From assembly GCA_038064715.1 (NCBI GenBank), contig JBBTSJ010000037.1, forward strand, positions 1-52,666: a stretch of DNA of 52,666 nucleotides, in the 5' to 3' direction. This document shows, one piece after another, positions 28,085-36,139 of this stretch; within the stretch, counting starts at the first letter, position 1; each line of letters opens with the position of its first letter. Under the pieces are notes generated by a model, which was given only the letters and a program-made list of their open reading frames with translations, was not told the origin of the DNA and made no database searches. A program made the position numbers and the translations under genes. The stretch is from Patescibacteria group bacterium (GTDB taxonomy: Bacteria > Patescibacteriota > Minisyncoccia > Phycocordibacterales > VMEP01).

Positions 28085-28789
28085 ATGATGGTGGACAACA
28101 AATTATCTTCAATTTCGTTTTTTTGTCCGGCTTACAATGATGAAAAAAATCTGCCGGTTCTTATTCATTATGTCAGCCAGTTTTTGAAAGAAATTACCGA
28201 TATTTACGAAATAATAATTGTTCACGATGGCAGTCCTGATAAGACCGGGGAAGTGGCGGATAAGTTAGCCAGTGAATTTCCAAATGTGCGTGTCATACAT
28301 CATCCAAAAAACATGGGTTATGGGGCCACGCTTCGGGACGGGTTTCTTGCGGCCGAATATGATTATGTAATGTATACGGATGGGGACAACCAGTATGATG
28401 TGCGCGAATTTTTGCCGTATCTTAATCTTTTGGATACAGCCGATGTGTTGAGCGGTTATGTGACCGAAAAAGCGGTTTCTTTCCGCCGCAAAGTCCAATC
28501 GGAGGTTTATAATTGGCTTATCAGAATTTTGTTTTTTGTCTGGTGCCGGGATATTGATTGCGCCATGAAGATTTATAAGCGCAAGGTTCTGAACAGCATT
28601 TCAATTAAAAGTCCCAGCTGTTTTATTGACGCGGAAATGATAATCAAAGCCAAGAAAGCCGGCTTTCGTGTCGCCCAGTTTCCGGTTACGCATTTCCCGC
28701 GCACCGAAGGTCTGGCTTCCGGTTCAAAATTGAGCGTTATCACGGCCACTGTGAGAGATATGTTAAAATACAGGTTTGGGATATTATAA
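28085..28789 (+). CDS. GT2 glycosyltransferase (soluble, DPM1/GtrB-like catalytic domain)
   Basis: SFFCPAYNDEKNL, HDGSPDKT, YTDGDNQYD (DxD). Confidence 0.9.
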   Translation: MMVDNKLSSISFFCPAYNDEKNLPVLIHYVSQFLKEITDIYEIIIVHDGSPDKTGEVADKLASEFPNVRVIHHPKNMGYGATLRDGFLAAEYDYVMYTDGDNQYDVREFLPYLNLLDTADVLSGYVTEKAVSFRRKVQSEVYNWLIRILFFVWCRDIDCAMKIYKRKVLNSISIKSPSCFIDAEMIIKAKKAGFRVAQFPVTHFPRTEGLASGSKLSVITATVRDMLKYRFGIL

Positions 28790-29126
28790 TTGGCAGTGAG
28801 GGAGAAATGGAGAAGGCGGTTAGCCTTATACATTTCAACCGAGCGAACCAATTATATTGTATCCAGTTATATAATTGGCAGTGAGGGAGAAATGGAGAAG
28901 GCGGTTAGCCTTATACATTTCAACCGAGCGAACCAATTATATTGTATCCAGTTATATAATTGGCAGTGAGAGAGAAATGGAAAAAGCTAATGCTTTTTAC
29001 ATTTAGACCGAACGAACCGATTATAAGCGACGTAAAGCGAGAGTGATGAAAGAAAAGTAATCTTTTATTTCATTACCGAGCCGAGGAGCTTATATGTAAT
29101 CATATATTGTATTCGGTTATATAATT
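28785..29126 (+). repeat. Tandem array of four GCGAG/CCGAGCGA hairpin modules (D1, D2, E, F), 85-bp period
   Basis: Units start at tataattgg at 28785, 28870 and 28955, and the motif recurs as tataatt at 29120. D1 and D2 appear identical. E and F are diverged but keep stem pairing. Confidence 0.9.
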
Positions 29127-29130
29127 TCTT

Positions 29131-30807
29131 ATGATTCACAAAAGTGACAGAGTGGTAATAACAGGCTGCGGAGGCATGCTCGGAGAGGCCGTTTACGAGG
29201 TCTTTAAAGACGTATGCCAAGTCCGCGCTTCTGATATTGATTTAAATGTTCCTTGGCTGGAGCGGTTGGATGTGTCAGTCTCCAAAGACGTGGAAGTGTA
29301 TTTGGCTAAAGTAAAGCCAAATTACATTATTCATTTGGCCGCTTTGACCGATATGGAATATTGCGAACTGCATCCGGAAGAAGCCTATTCTACAAATACC
29401 GGCGGAGCGCAAAATGTCGCGGAGTATGCCCGAGACCACAACATACCATTGGTTTACATCTCCACAGCCGGCATTTTTGACGGTGGAAAAGATGAATATA
29501 CGGAAAGCGATACGCCGAACCCATTAAGCGTTTACAGCAAATCAAAATATGGCGGGGAATTGGTAGCGAGAACTTTGCCGAAATCAGTCGTCATCCGGGC
29601 CGGTTGGATGATGGGGGCGGGACCGAAAAAAGACAAAAAGTTTATAAATAAGATTATCAAGCAACTGCGGGTCGGGGCTAAGGAAATCGCCGTCGTTAAT
29701 GACAAATTCGGCACACCCTGTCACACCTACGACTTGGCCCAGTCCATAAAATATCTTCTTGACCACGACGCTTACGGTTTGTATCATGGAGCATGTGACG
29801 GCGGCGGAAGCCGGGCCGATATTGCCAGGTTTCTTCTTGAATGTTTCGGGCTTACGGAGCAAGTGAAAGTGAAAGAAGTCGATTCCAGCTTTTTCGCGGA
29901 AAGTTATTTTGCCAAACGCCCGCGCTCTGAAAAGCTTATTAACACGGAGCTTAAAAAAATAGCGCCCCACCTTACCAGGGACTGGAAGATATGCCTCAAG
30001 GAATATATCGAGAGATTTAACTGGAATCTGTGGGACCTTAACACTTCAGGTATGGAAAGAAGCTTTTATAAAAATTATTTCAAAGTTGAAAAAGAACACT
30101 GGCTCATGGTTGTGAGGAGGATGATTGTCAAAGACAACCTGAAGCTTTGTTTGGACAAAAACCCCGCAGAAACCAAAGTTCTGGATTTCGGCTGCGGTTC
30201 CGGAATCTTTGTTGACGAATTGGCGAAGCAAGGCTACCAGGCCTATGGTCTGGATATTTCCGAAGAAGCGGTTAAGTTTGGCATGCTTCAAGGCGTAAAA
30301 AATCTCGGAGCCATTGATGCCCATAAAATTAATTTTCCGGACAATACATTTGACGCGGTTTTTACCTTGGATGTGCTTGAGCATCTGGAGGATGAAAAAT
30401 GGGCGCTAGACGAGATTAGGAGGGTATTAAAGCCGGGCGGGGTGGCTATCATTATGGTCCCCGCCTACATGTTTCTTTGGGGGGTACAGGACGAGGTAGC
30501 CCATCATTACCGCCGCTATACAAAGAGTTCTTTGTTGAAAAAAATTAAAGAGGCTACATCTCTTAAGACACTAAAGGCGTCATATTTCAATACTTTTCTC
30601 TTTCCGCCAATCGCGTTTTTCAGGATTGTAAGCAGAATATTCGGTATAAAGGGCAGAGAGTCGGATTTTGACATCAACAGTCCCCTTATGAATAGATTTT
30701 TCTTTTCCATATTTAATACCGAAAGAAAAATTCTTAAGCATGTCAGATTTCCTTTTGGCGTTTCGATTTTGCTCGTCCTTAAGAAAGAGACAGATTCATC
30801 ATCATGA
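29131..30807 (+). CDS. Fusion protein: RmlD-like sugar-nucleotide reductase (SDR) plus class I SAM methyltransferase
   Basis: N-terminal part: VVITGCGGMLGEAV and YSKSKYGGE (YxxxK). C-terminal part: VLDFGCGSGIFVDELA and FTLDVLEHL. Confidence 0.85.
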   Translation: MIHKSDRVVITGCGGMLGEAVYEVFKDVCQVRASDIDLNVPWLERLDVSVSKDVEVYLAKVKPNYIIHLAALTDMEYCELHPEEAYSTNTGGAQNVAEYARDHNIPLVYISTAGIFDGGKDEYTESDTPNPLSVYSKSKYGGELVARTLPKSVVIRAGWMMGAGPKKDKKFINKIIKQLRVGAKEIAVVNDKFGTPCHTYDLAQSIKYLLDHDAYGLYHGACDGGGSRADIARFLLECFGLTEQVKVKEVDSSFFAESYFAKRPRSEKLINTELKKIAPHLTRDWKICLKEYIERFNWNLWDLNTSGMERSFYKNYFKVEKEHWLMVVRRMIVKDNLKLCLDKNPAETKVLDFGCGSGIFVDELAKQGYQAYGLDISEEAVKFGMLQGVKNLGAIDAHKINFPDNTFDAVFTLDVLEHLEDEKWALDEIRRVLKPGGVAIIMVPAYMFLWGVQDEVAHHYRRYTKSSLLKKIKEATSLKTLKASYFNTFLFPPIAFFRIVSRIFGIKGRESDFDINSPLMNRFFFSIFNTERKILKHVRFPFGVSILLVLKKETDSSS

Positions 30808-32057
30808 AGATTCTATTTCTTTCCGACGATTTCCCGCCGGCTAGTTTCGGCGGAGCGGGGATTTCTACTTACGAACTTGCTCTCGGTATGAAGAATGCCG
30901 GGCATGAGGTTTTTGTTGTTACAACCTGCAGAAAAGAGAGTGAAGAAGGAGAACTCGATTATAACGGTATAAAAGTTTGGAAAATCGCGAACGATTATCC
31001 GGGCAAATGGCGCGCGTATGTGAGCCTGTATAATCGGCCAGTTGTTCGCAAAGTAGAGGAATTGCTAAAGAAAATAAAGCCGGATGTGGCGCACGCCAAC
31101 AACATACACCTCTACCTCTCGTACCATTGTCTTAAGGTGGCGAAGCGATATGCTAAAGCAGTTATAATAACCCTTCGCGACGCAATGTCCTTTAACTTTG
31201 CAAAACTGGAAACAAAGCGGTATCTGGAGCATTTTGATTACCGCACAACATGGCGTGACCATATTAAACAAGCGGGGAAAAGATGGAATCCGCTGCGCAA
31301 TTTCTGCATTAAAAGATATCTTGGATACGCGGACAAGATTTTTGCCATAAGCAGGTCCTTACAGGCAGCGCTCGTTCAAAACGGCATCAATGATGTAGAA
31401 GTTATATATAACGGCATTGATGCTCGCGAATGGGGTGTTGACGCAGATGCCATGGTTCGTTTCCGAGTGAAGTATGGGTTGCAGAACAAAAAAGTGCTTT
31501 TGTTCAGCGGGCGGCTTAGCGCGTCAAAAGGCGGAGAGAAGGCGCTTCAAGCACTCGCGCTAACGGTGAAAGAAGTGCCAGAAGCAGTACTCTTGGTAGC
31601 CGGTAACATTGATGAGTATGCGGAGGTAATGAAGAAGCAAGCGAAGAATTTGGGCGTAGAAAAAAATCTGATTTTTACCGGTTGGATAGAGCGAGAGGAA
31701 ATCAAAGCAGCATATGCCGTTTCAGATGTGGTGCTAATGCCCTCTATTTGTTTTGATGTATTCGGCCGGGTGAATATCGAGGCAATGGCCTCGAGAAAAC
31801 CGGTGGTTGGCACCTGTTATGGAGGCACTCCCGAAATTGTTGTTGATGGAGTCACGGGCTACATCGTGAATCCTCTACACCCGGAAGAGATTGCCGAAAA
31901 AACTCTTGATTTGCTAAAAAATCCGGAAAAAGCGGAAAAGTTCGGTGAAGCCGGCTACGATAGAGTAAAGACAAACTTTAATTTGGAAGATAGGGTAAGG
32001 GAATACATTTCCGTATATGAGAAGTTATTAAGAGCCTGTTCAACATCTAATGTCTAG
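30804..32057 (+). CDS. Glycosyltransferase, GT4-like
   Basis: GRVNIEAMASRKPVVGTCYGGTPEIVVDGVTGYIV. ATGA overlap with the upstream gene. Confidence 0.9.
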   Translation: MKILFLSDDFPPASFGGAGISTYELALGMKNAGHEVFVVTTCRKESEEGELDYNGIKVWKIANDYPGKWRAYVSLYNRPVVRKVEELLKKIKPDVAHANNIHLYLSYHCLKVAKRYAKAVIITLRDAMSFNFAKLETKRYLEHFDYRTTWRDHIKQAGKRWNPLRNFCIKRYLGYADKIFAISRSLQAALVQNGINDVEVIYNGIDAREWGVDADAMVRFRVKYGLQNKKVLLFSGRLSASKGGEKALQALALTVKEVPEAVLLVAGNIDEYAEVMKKQAKNLGVEKNLIFTGWIEREEIKAAYAVSDVVLMPSICFDVFGRVNIEAMASRKPVVGTCYGGTPEIVVDGVTGYIVNPLHPEEIAEKTLDLLKNPEKAEKFGEAGYDRVKTNFNLEDRVREYISVYEKLLRACSTSNV

Positions 32058-32059
32058 AT

Positions 32060-32159
32060 AAAACGTTAAAATTTCGAGCGAAAATCGCGAAACGCGAGGA
32101 AGCGATACGAGTATCGTTGACAAGCGATGAGCGATTTGCAGCCAAAATTTTAACGTTTT
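32060..32159. repeat. Perfect 15-bp inverted repeat enclosing a 70-nt GCGA-rich core
   Basis: aaaacgttaaaattt (32060-32074) pairs with aaattttaacgtttt (32145-32159). The core contains GCGA six times, including CGAGCGAA and GCGAGGAAGCGA. Confidence 0.8.
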
Positions 32160-32319
32160 AGCAGGCAAACAAGCATTCCGGTCTTATTTTGCGCTTAGAT
32201 GCTGAACAGGCTCTAAGAAAAAACAATAACTAACTGACAAATAGCTATGTTTTTGGAAAAAACGCAAGCTGGACATACATACTGAAATATAATAATGTGT
32301 AGTGAAATTTACTATATAA

Positions 32320-33117
32320 ATGAATAATACGAACAGAAAGATTAATATTGTTGGAATTATTCCCGCCCGCATGGGTTCAAGTCGTTTCCCGGGCAAAGCG
32401 CTTGCCCCGATTCTTGGCATGCCCATGATCGGACATTGTTATTTCAGGACTCGCATGTGTGATTTTCTTGACGATGTCTATATTGCCACCTGTGACAAGG
32501 AAATTAAAAACTACGGAGAAAGTATCGGCGCCAAGGTGGTGATGACTGCCGATATCCACGAGCGAGCCATGGATAGGACCGCCGAGGCGGTGACGAACAT
32601 AGAGAAGGCGACCGGGGAGGAAATTGACATTGTCCTGCAGATGCAGGGAGATGAGCCGATGGTGACCAAGGAAATGCTGGAGTCGGCAACTCAAAAAATG
32701 ATTGACGATACATCTATAAATATAATGAACCTCGTCTCGCCGATAGTCGACCAAAGGGATTTGGAAATTCCCGACACCCTGAAGGTGGTGACCGACCTAA
32801 AGGGCAATATGCTGTATTACTCCCGCTCGCACATCCCATATGACACAAAGAAGTACAAAGGCAAAGTGCCGTATAAGAAAACGCTTGGCATCCACCTTTT
32901 TCGGAAAGATTTTCTCTTTGAATTCCACCGCATGAAGCCGACTCCGCTTGAAATCATTGAATCTACCGATATGCTCCGAATTCTTGAGAACGGCTTGCCC
33001 ATAGCGACTTTTCTTACCGAAACACAAATCTACGCGGTGGACACAAAGGCCGATTTGGAATTCGTAGAGGAGAAAATGAAAAATGATCCGCTGTTAAATT
33101 TGTATGCAAAAAAATAA
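32320..33117 (+). CDS. KdsB/NeuA-type cytidylyltransferase (CMP-ulosonic acid synthetase-like)
   Basis: IVGIIPARMGSSRFPGKALAPILGMPMIGH matches the IPAR..S.R.PGK signature. 265 aa. Confidence 0.82.
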   Translation: MNNTNRKINIVGIIPARMGSSRFPGKALAPILGMPMIGHCYFRTRMCDFLDDVYIATCDKEIKNYGESIGAKVVMTADIHERAMDRTAEAVTNIEKATGEEIDIVLQMQGDEPMVTKEMLESATQKMIDDTSINIMNLVSPIVDQRDLEIPDTLKVVTDLKGNMLYYSRSHIPYDTKKYKGKVPYKKTLGIHLFRKDFLFEFHRMKPTPLEIIESTDMLRILENGLPIATFLTETQIYAVDTKADLEFVEEKMKNDPLLNLYAKK

Positions 33118-35308
33118 CCAAGTTAAAACACGCGCTGTCCCGGTTATTATTGTGGGAACAGGCCATCATTTTGGGCGCAATATAATATCGGCGCTAGCCC
33201 GTCTAGAGGAAGAAGGTTTGATAAAAATTTTAATCACCGTCGACATATTGAATCGTGGCGAGAAAGGTCATCTTGACGATGTGGCGCACATTAAAAGAAA
33301 CAATAAGCCGCTTCATGAACAGCTCAAAGAATTTAAAAAAGAAGATCCGCTTGTTATTTTAGGGCATACCAACAGCCTCCACGCCAAAGACGCATTTGAC
33401 CTCTTGTCGCACGGTTTTCGCGCGGCCATTGAAAAACCATACGCGCTTGACTCAAAATCACTCCATAAATTCCTGAAAATTGCCAAGAAAAACCGATGCG
33501 CGTTGCTTGAATATTATCTTGCGATGAAATCAACAGCATTACTGTGGGGTTATGGCGAAATTGACCGGAGAAGTTTTTATGTTACAGATTGGCTCATCAA
33601 ATCATCGCCTGTTTTGACAAAGTATGCTTTTTCTCTCGAAGGATTCAGAAACAAATTACCGGAGATTATCGGTACCATACAGAGAGTAGAAGTTGAGGTA
33701 TTAGAAGGCGAAGGAGAGACAGGGACGCTCGAGGGCAGGGGAATAGATACTATCGATACGAAATTTGGCGGCGGCATGATACAGGATATGGGAACGCACG
33801 CGCTCGTGCCGCTTTTGGCATTGGAGAAAATTATCGGTTCTTTTCCGGATAAAAGAAACTTCCTCGTGCGTACCGCCCGATGTAAAGAATATATGAGTAT
33901 GGCCAAAAGAAGATTTGCCATACCGGTCGGGCGGATAGGCGAGACGTATGCCGAAGTCATGTTTACCACCACTAAGAAAATCCCAGTCACGGTCCGTTTT
34001 GGGAAATACGTCTTTGGCGATCGAAATCGCCGCGGCGTTCTCCTTTCTGGTTCTAAGGGAGAAGCTTATCTTGATATGAATGACTGTACGCTGTATGTAA
34101 ACGGAGAAGCAGTTATCGGTGTTGATAAAAGTTACTACCATACGGTACGCGCGGCCATTGCGGAAATTTCCGGGGAACCGTTGTTTCACTTCGATTCCGT
34201 CAAAGTAGCGGCAAAGGCGCAAGACCTTGTTTTTGATATTCAGCGTCTTGCCTATAAAAACAAAGAAGACATCTGCTATAAAACCGGCGCAGATCCTGCA
34301 GATATATTTGTGTCTGATGCGATTCAGATTAAAGGAAAAGTTAACGAAGAGGATATTCGTCCGGAAGATAGCCATAATGAGTGGCTCAATATACTTGGAA
34401 GAGAGTTATCTGATTTTTTTCCGGCGCATAAAAGAATACAAGTAGTATGTCCCGGGTGCAGTTCGGCGGAAGTAGAATCCGAATTTATAAAACTGGGGTT
34501 TATATATAAATGGTGCAAAAACTGTTTTTCCCTATATGCTTCTCCGCGACCAACCGAGAAAGAGATTGATGCATTCTACAAATCTTCTAAAGCCATGAAG
34601 TTTTACGGAGAGAATATTTTCAAAGCGACCATAGAGGCCAGGTATGAGCACCAGATTACCCCTCTTTCAAGCTGGCTTAAAAGCATTATGATAAAATATA
34701 TTCCCGCGCCTCTCAAAATTTTGGATTTTATGCCGAAGTTTTATTCCGTCTGGGCGGAGGCGCTGCCGCCGTCAAAAAAGACGAAAGTATTTTTGGTGAA
34801 TCCGGTCCATCTTTTTAAAACCCCGTCATCCTTTAAAGTTACCAGCCTTTCAGAGGCAAAAAAGCATAAGTATGATTTGATTACCGCCTTTGACGTATTG
34901 GATCATAGGGCGGACCCGAAGAAGACGATTGAAGATCTTTCCAATCTGTGCGCTAAGGGAGGAATATTGTTTCTGACGCTTAATTCAGGGAGCGGTTTTG
35001 AATATCAGGTTTTGAGCCATGACTCCCATCGCTTGGTGCCGCCGACCAGACTGAATCTTCTGACGATAGAAGCGATGGAAGACATGTTGCTTAAAAATAA
35101 TTTTGAATTGCTTGACTTGTCTACTTCGGGCAAGCTTGATGTGGACATTGTGCTCAAAGCGATTCTGGGAGACCACTCTGTGCCGGTTCCGCGCTTTATC
35201 TCATATCTCTTAAAGAAAAAGGGAACCGCAACATGGGAATCTCTTCAGGCCTTTTTGCAGCTTAATAACTTGAGTTCTTTTCTCCGGATAGCGGCCAGAA
35301 AAAAATAG
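33104..35308 (+). CDS. Fusion protein: Gfo/Idh/MocA-like oxidoreductase, zinc ribbon and methyltransferase-like domain
   Basis: N-terminal Rossmann fold with AIEKPYAL (EKP motif). CPGC..CKNC ribbon near residue 445. The C-terminal ITAFDVLDHRADP..GGILFLTL resembles class I MTase motifs II-III. Confidence 0.65.
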   Translation: MQKNNQVKTRAVPVIIVGTGHHFGRNIISALARLEEEGLIKILITVDILNRGEKGHLDDVAHIKRNNKPLHEQLKEFKKEDPLVILGHTNSLHAKDAFDLLSHGFRAAIEKPYALDSKSLHKFLKIAKKNRCALLEYYLAMKSTALLWGYGEIDRRSFYVTDWLIKSSPVLTKYAFSLEGFRNKLPEIIGTIQRVEVEVLEGEGETGTLEGRGIDTIDTKFGGGMIQDMGTHALVPLLALEKIIGSFPDKRNFLVRTARCKEYMSMAKRRFAIPVGRIGETYAEVMFTTTKKIPVTVRFGKYVFGDRNRRGVLLSGSKGEAYLDMNDCTLYVNGEAVIGVDKSYYHTVRAAIAEISGEPLFHFDSVKVAAKAQDLVFDIQRLAYKNKEDICYKTGADPADIFVSDAIQIKGKVNEEDIRPEDSHNEWLNILGRELSDFFPAHKRIQVVCPGCSSAEVESEFIKLGFIYKWCKNCFSLYASPRPTEKEIDAFYKSSKAMKFYGENIFKATIEARYEHQITPLSSWLKSIMIKYIPAPLKILDFMPKFYSVWAEALPPSKKTKVFLVNPVHLFKTPSSFKVTSLSEAKKHKYDLITAFDVLDHRADPKKTIEDLSNLCAKGGILFLTLNSGSGFEYQVLSHDSHRLVPPTRLNLLTIEAMEDMLLKNNFELLDLSTSGKLDVDIVLKAILGDHSVPVPRFISYLLKKKGTATWESLQAFLQLNNLSSFLRIAARKK

Positions 35309-35394
35309 TAGAAAAGAGCAAAATTTGCAAAAATTATATAGATATCAGCGTATCCTGGTGAATTATCTTCGAGAACATTCTTAATATTTTTTTC

Positions 35395-35422
35395 TTGACC
35401 GTATGCTTATCTGGTATATTAT
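35395..35422 (+). promoter_or_regulatory. Sigma-70-like promoter candidate
   Basis: TTGACC-N16-TATTAT, 30 nt upstream of ATG 35452, in a 143-bp spacer. Confidence 0.35.
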
Positions 35423-35451
35423 CTTAATTTCCCCCAAAAAGTTGACCATAG

Positions 35452-36096
35452 ATGATTGATACAAATTCAATTAAGGCTGTTATATTTGACTACGATGGAG
35501 TTATAATTGACTCAGACCCATTTTCCAGATATGCATTTGGGGAAGTCCTTAAGCAAAAGGGTATTTTACCTACTGACGAAATATATAAAAAATATTTTGC
35601 CGGGCGGAAACTTGAGGACAGCATCACTCTTTTTCTGAAGCCGATGAACAGACTTTCAGAAATAAAAGAGTTTATCTCACTGAAAAAATCTTTTGATTCC
35701 GAATATGGAAAACATGTCGTAGCCTATGACGACGCGGTAAAATTAGTCAGCAGGTTAAAAGGCAAATATCGCCTGGCAATTGCCACAGGTTCTCGCCGAG
35801 TGCTTATTGATACTGCATTTAAGAAACTTGGATTGGGTCATGTATTTGAAGTCGTCATCTGCGCGGAAGATTATAAAAAAGGCAAACCTGACCCGGAGAT
35901 TTACTTAAAAAGTTTAGAAAAGTTAAATATCTCACCAAACGAAGCCGTGGTTATAGAGGATGCCCCGTGGGGGATAGAAGCCGCGCAGAGAGCAGGTATA
36001 AGATGTATTGCTGTCACGCATACCCATTCCGAGCTTGACCTAAAACAGGCCGACTTAATTGTCAAAAACCTTTTGGATATAAATTTGGAAGTATAG
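35452..36096 (+). CDS. HAD-superfamily hydrolase, subfamily IA (beta-phosphoglucomutase/phosphatase-like)
   Basis: VIFDYDGVIIDSD (DxDG) and GKPDPEIY..VIEDAPWGIEAA. Confidence 0.88.
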   Translation: MIDTNSIKAVIFDYDGVIIDSDPFSRYAFGEVLKQKGILPTDEIYKKYFAGRKLEDSITLFLKPMNRLSEIKEFISLKKSFDSEYGKHVVAYDDAVKLVSRLKGKYRLAIATGSRRVLIDTAFKKLGLGHVFEVVICAEDYKKGKPDPEIYLKSLEKLNISPNEAVVIEDAPWGIEAAQRAGIRCIAVTHTHSELDLKQADLIVKNLLDINLEV

Positions 36097-36139
36097 GAAC
36101 TCTTTCTTTACAGGTTTCCCGTTGTATACTAATCCGTAT

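Noticed and set aside
28807-28969. Tandem identical 25-aa peptides as RiPP or leader-peptide precursors
   Set aside because: Copies of the element differ by indels that are not multiples of three (D versus B, C, E and F). C has no ATG, and E and F encode only 9 and 4 codons. Conservation therefore follows nucleotide structure, not a reading frame. I keep it only as a minor alternative.
29041-29094. Box C/D k-turn or hammerhead core (GUGAUGA in copy F)
   Set aside because: GUGAUGA occurs only in copy F and falls in the variable stem. No CUGA D-box or GAAA/UH hammerhead elements are conserved across copies.
28785-29126. CRISPR array
   Set aside because: The period is 85 bp, and the sequence between the conserved parts is identical in units 1 and 2, so there are no unique spacers. 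Later units are diverged copies of the whole unit. No cas genes are in the window.
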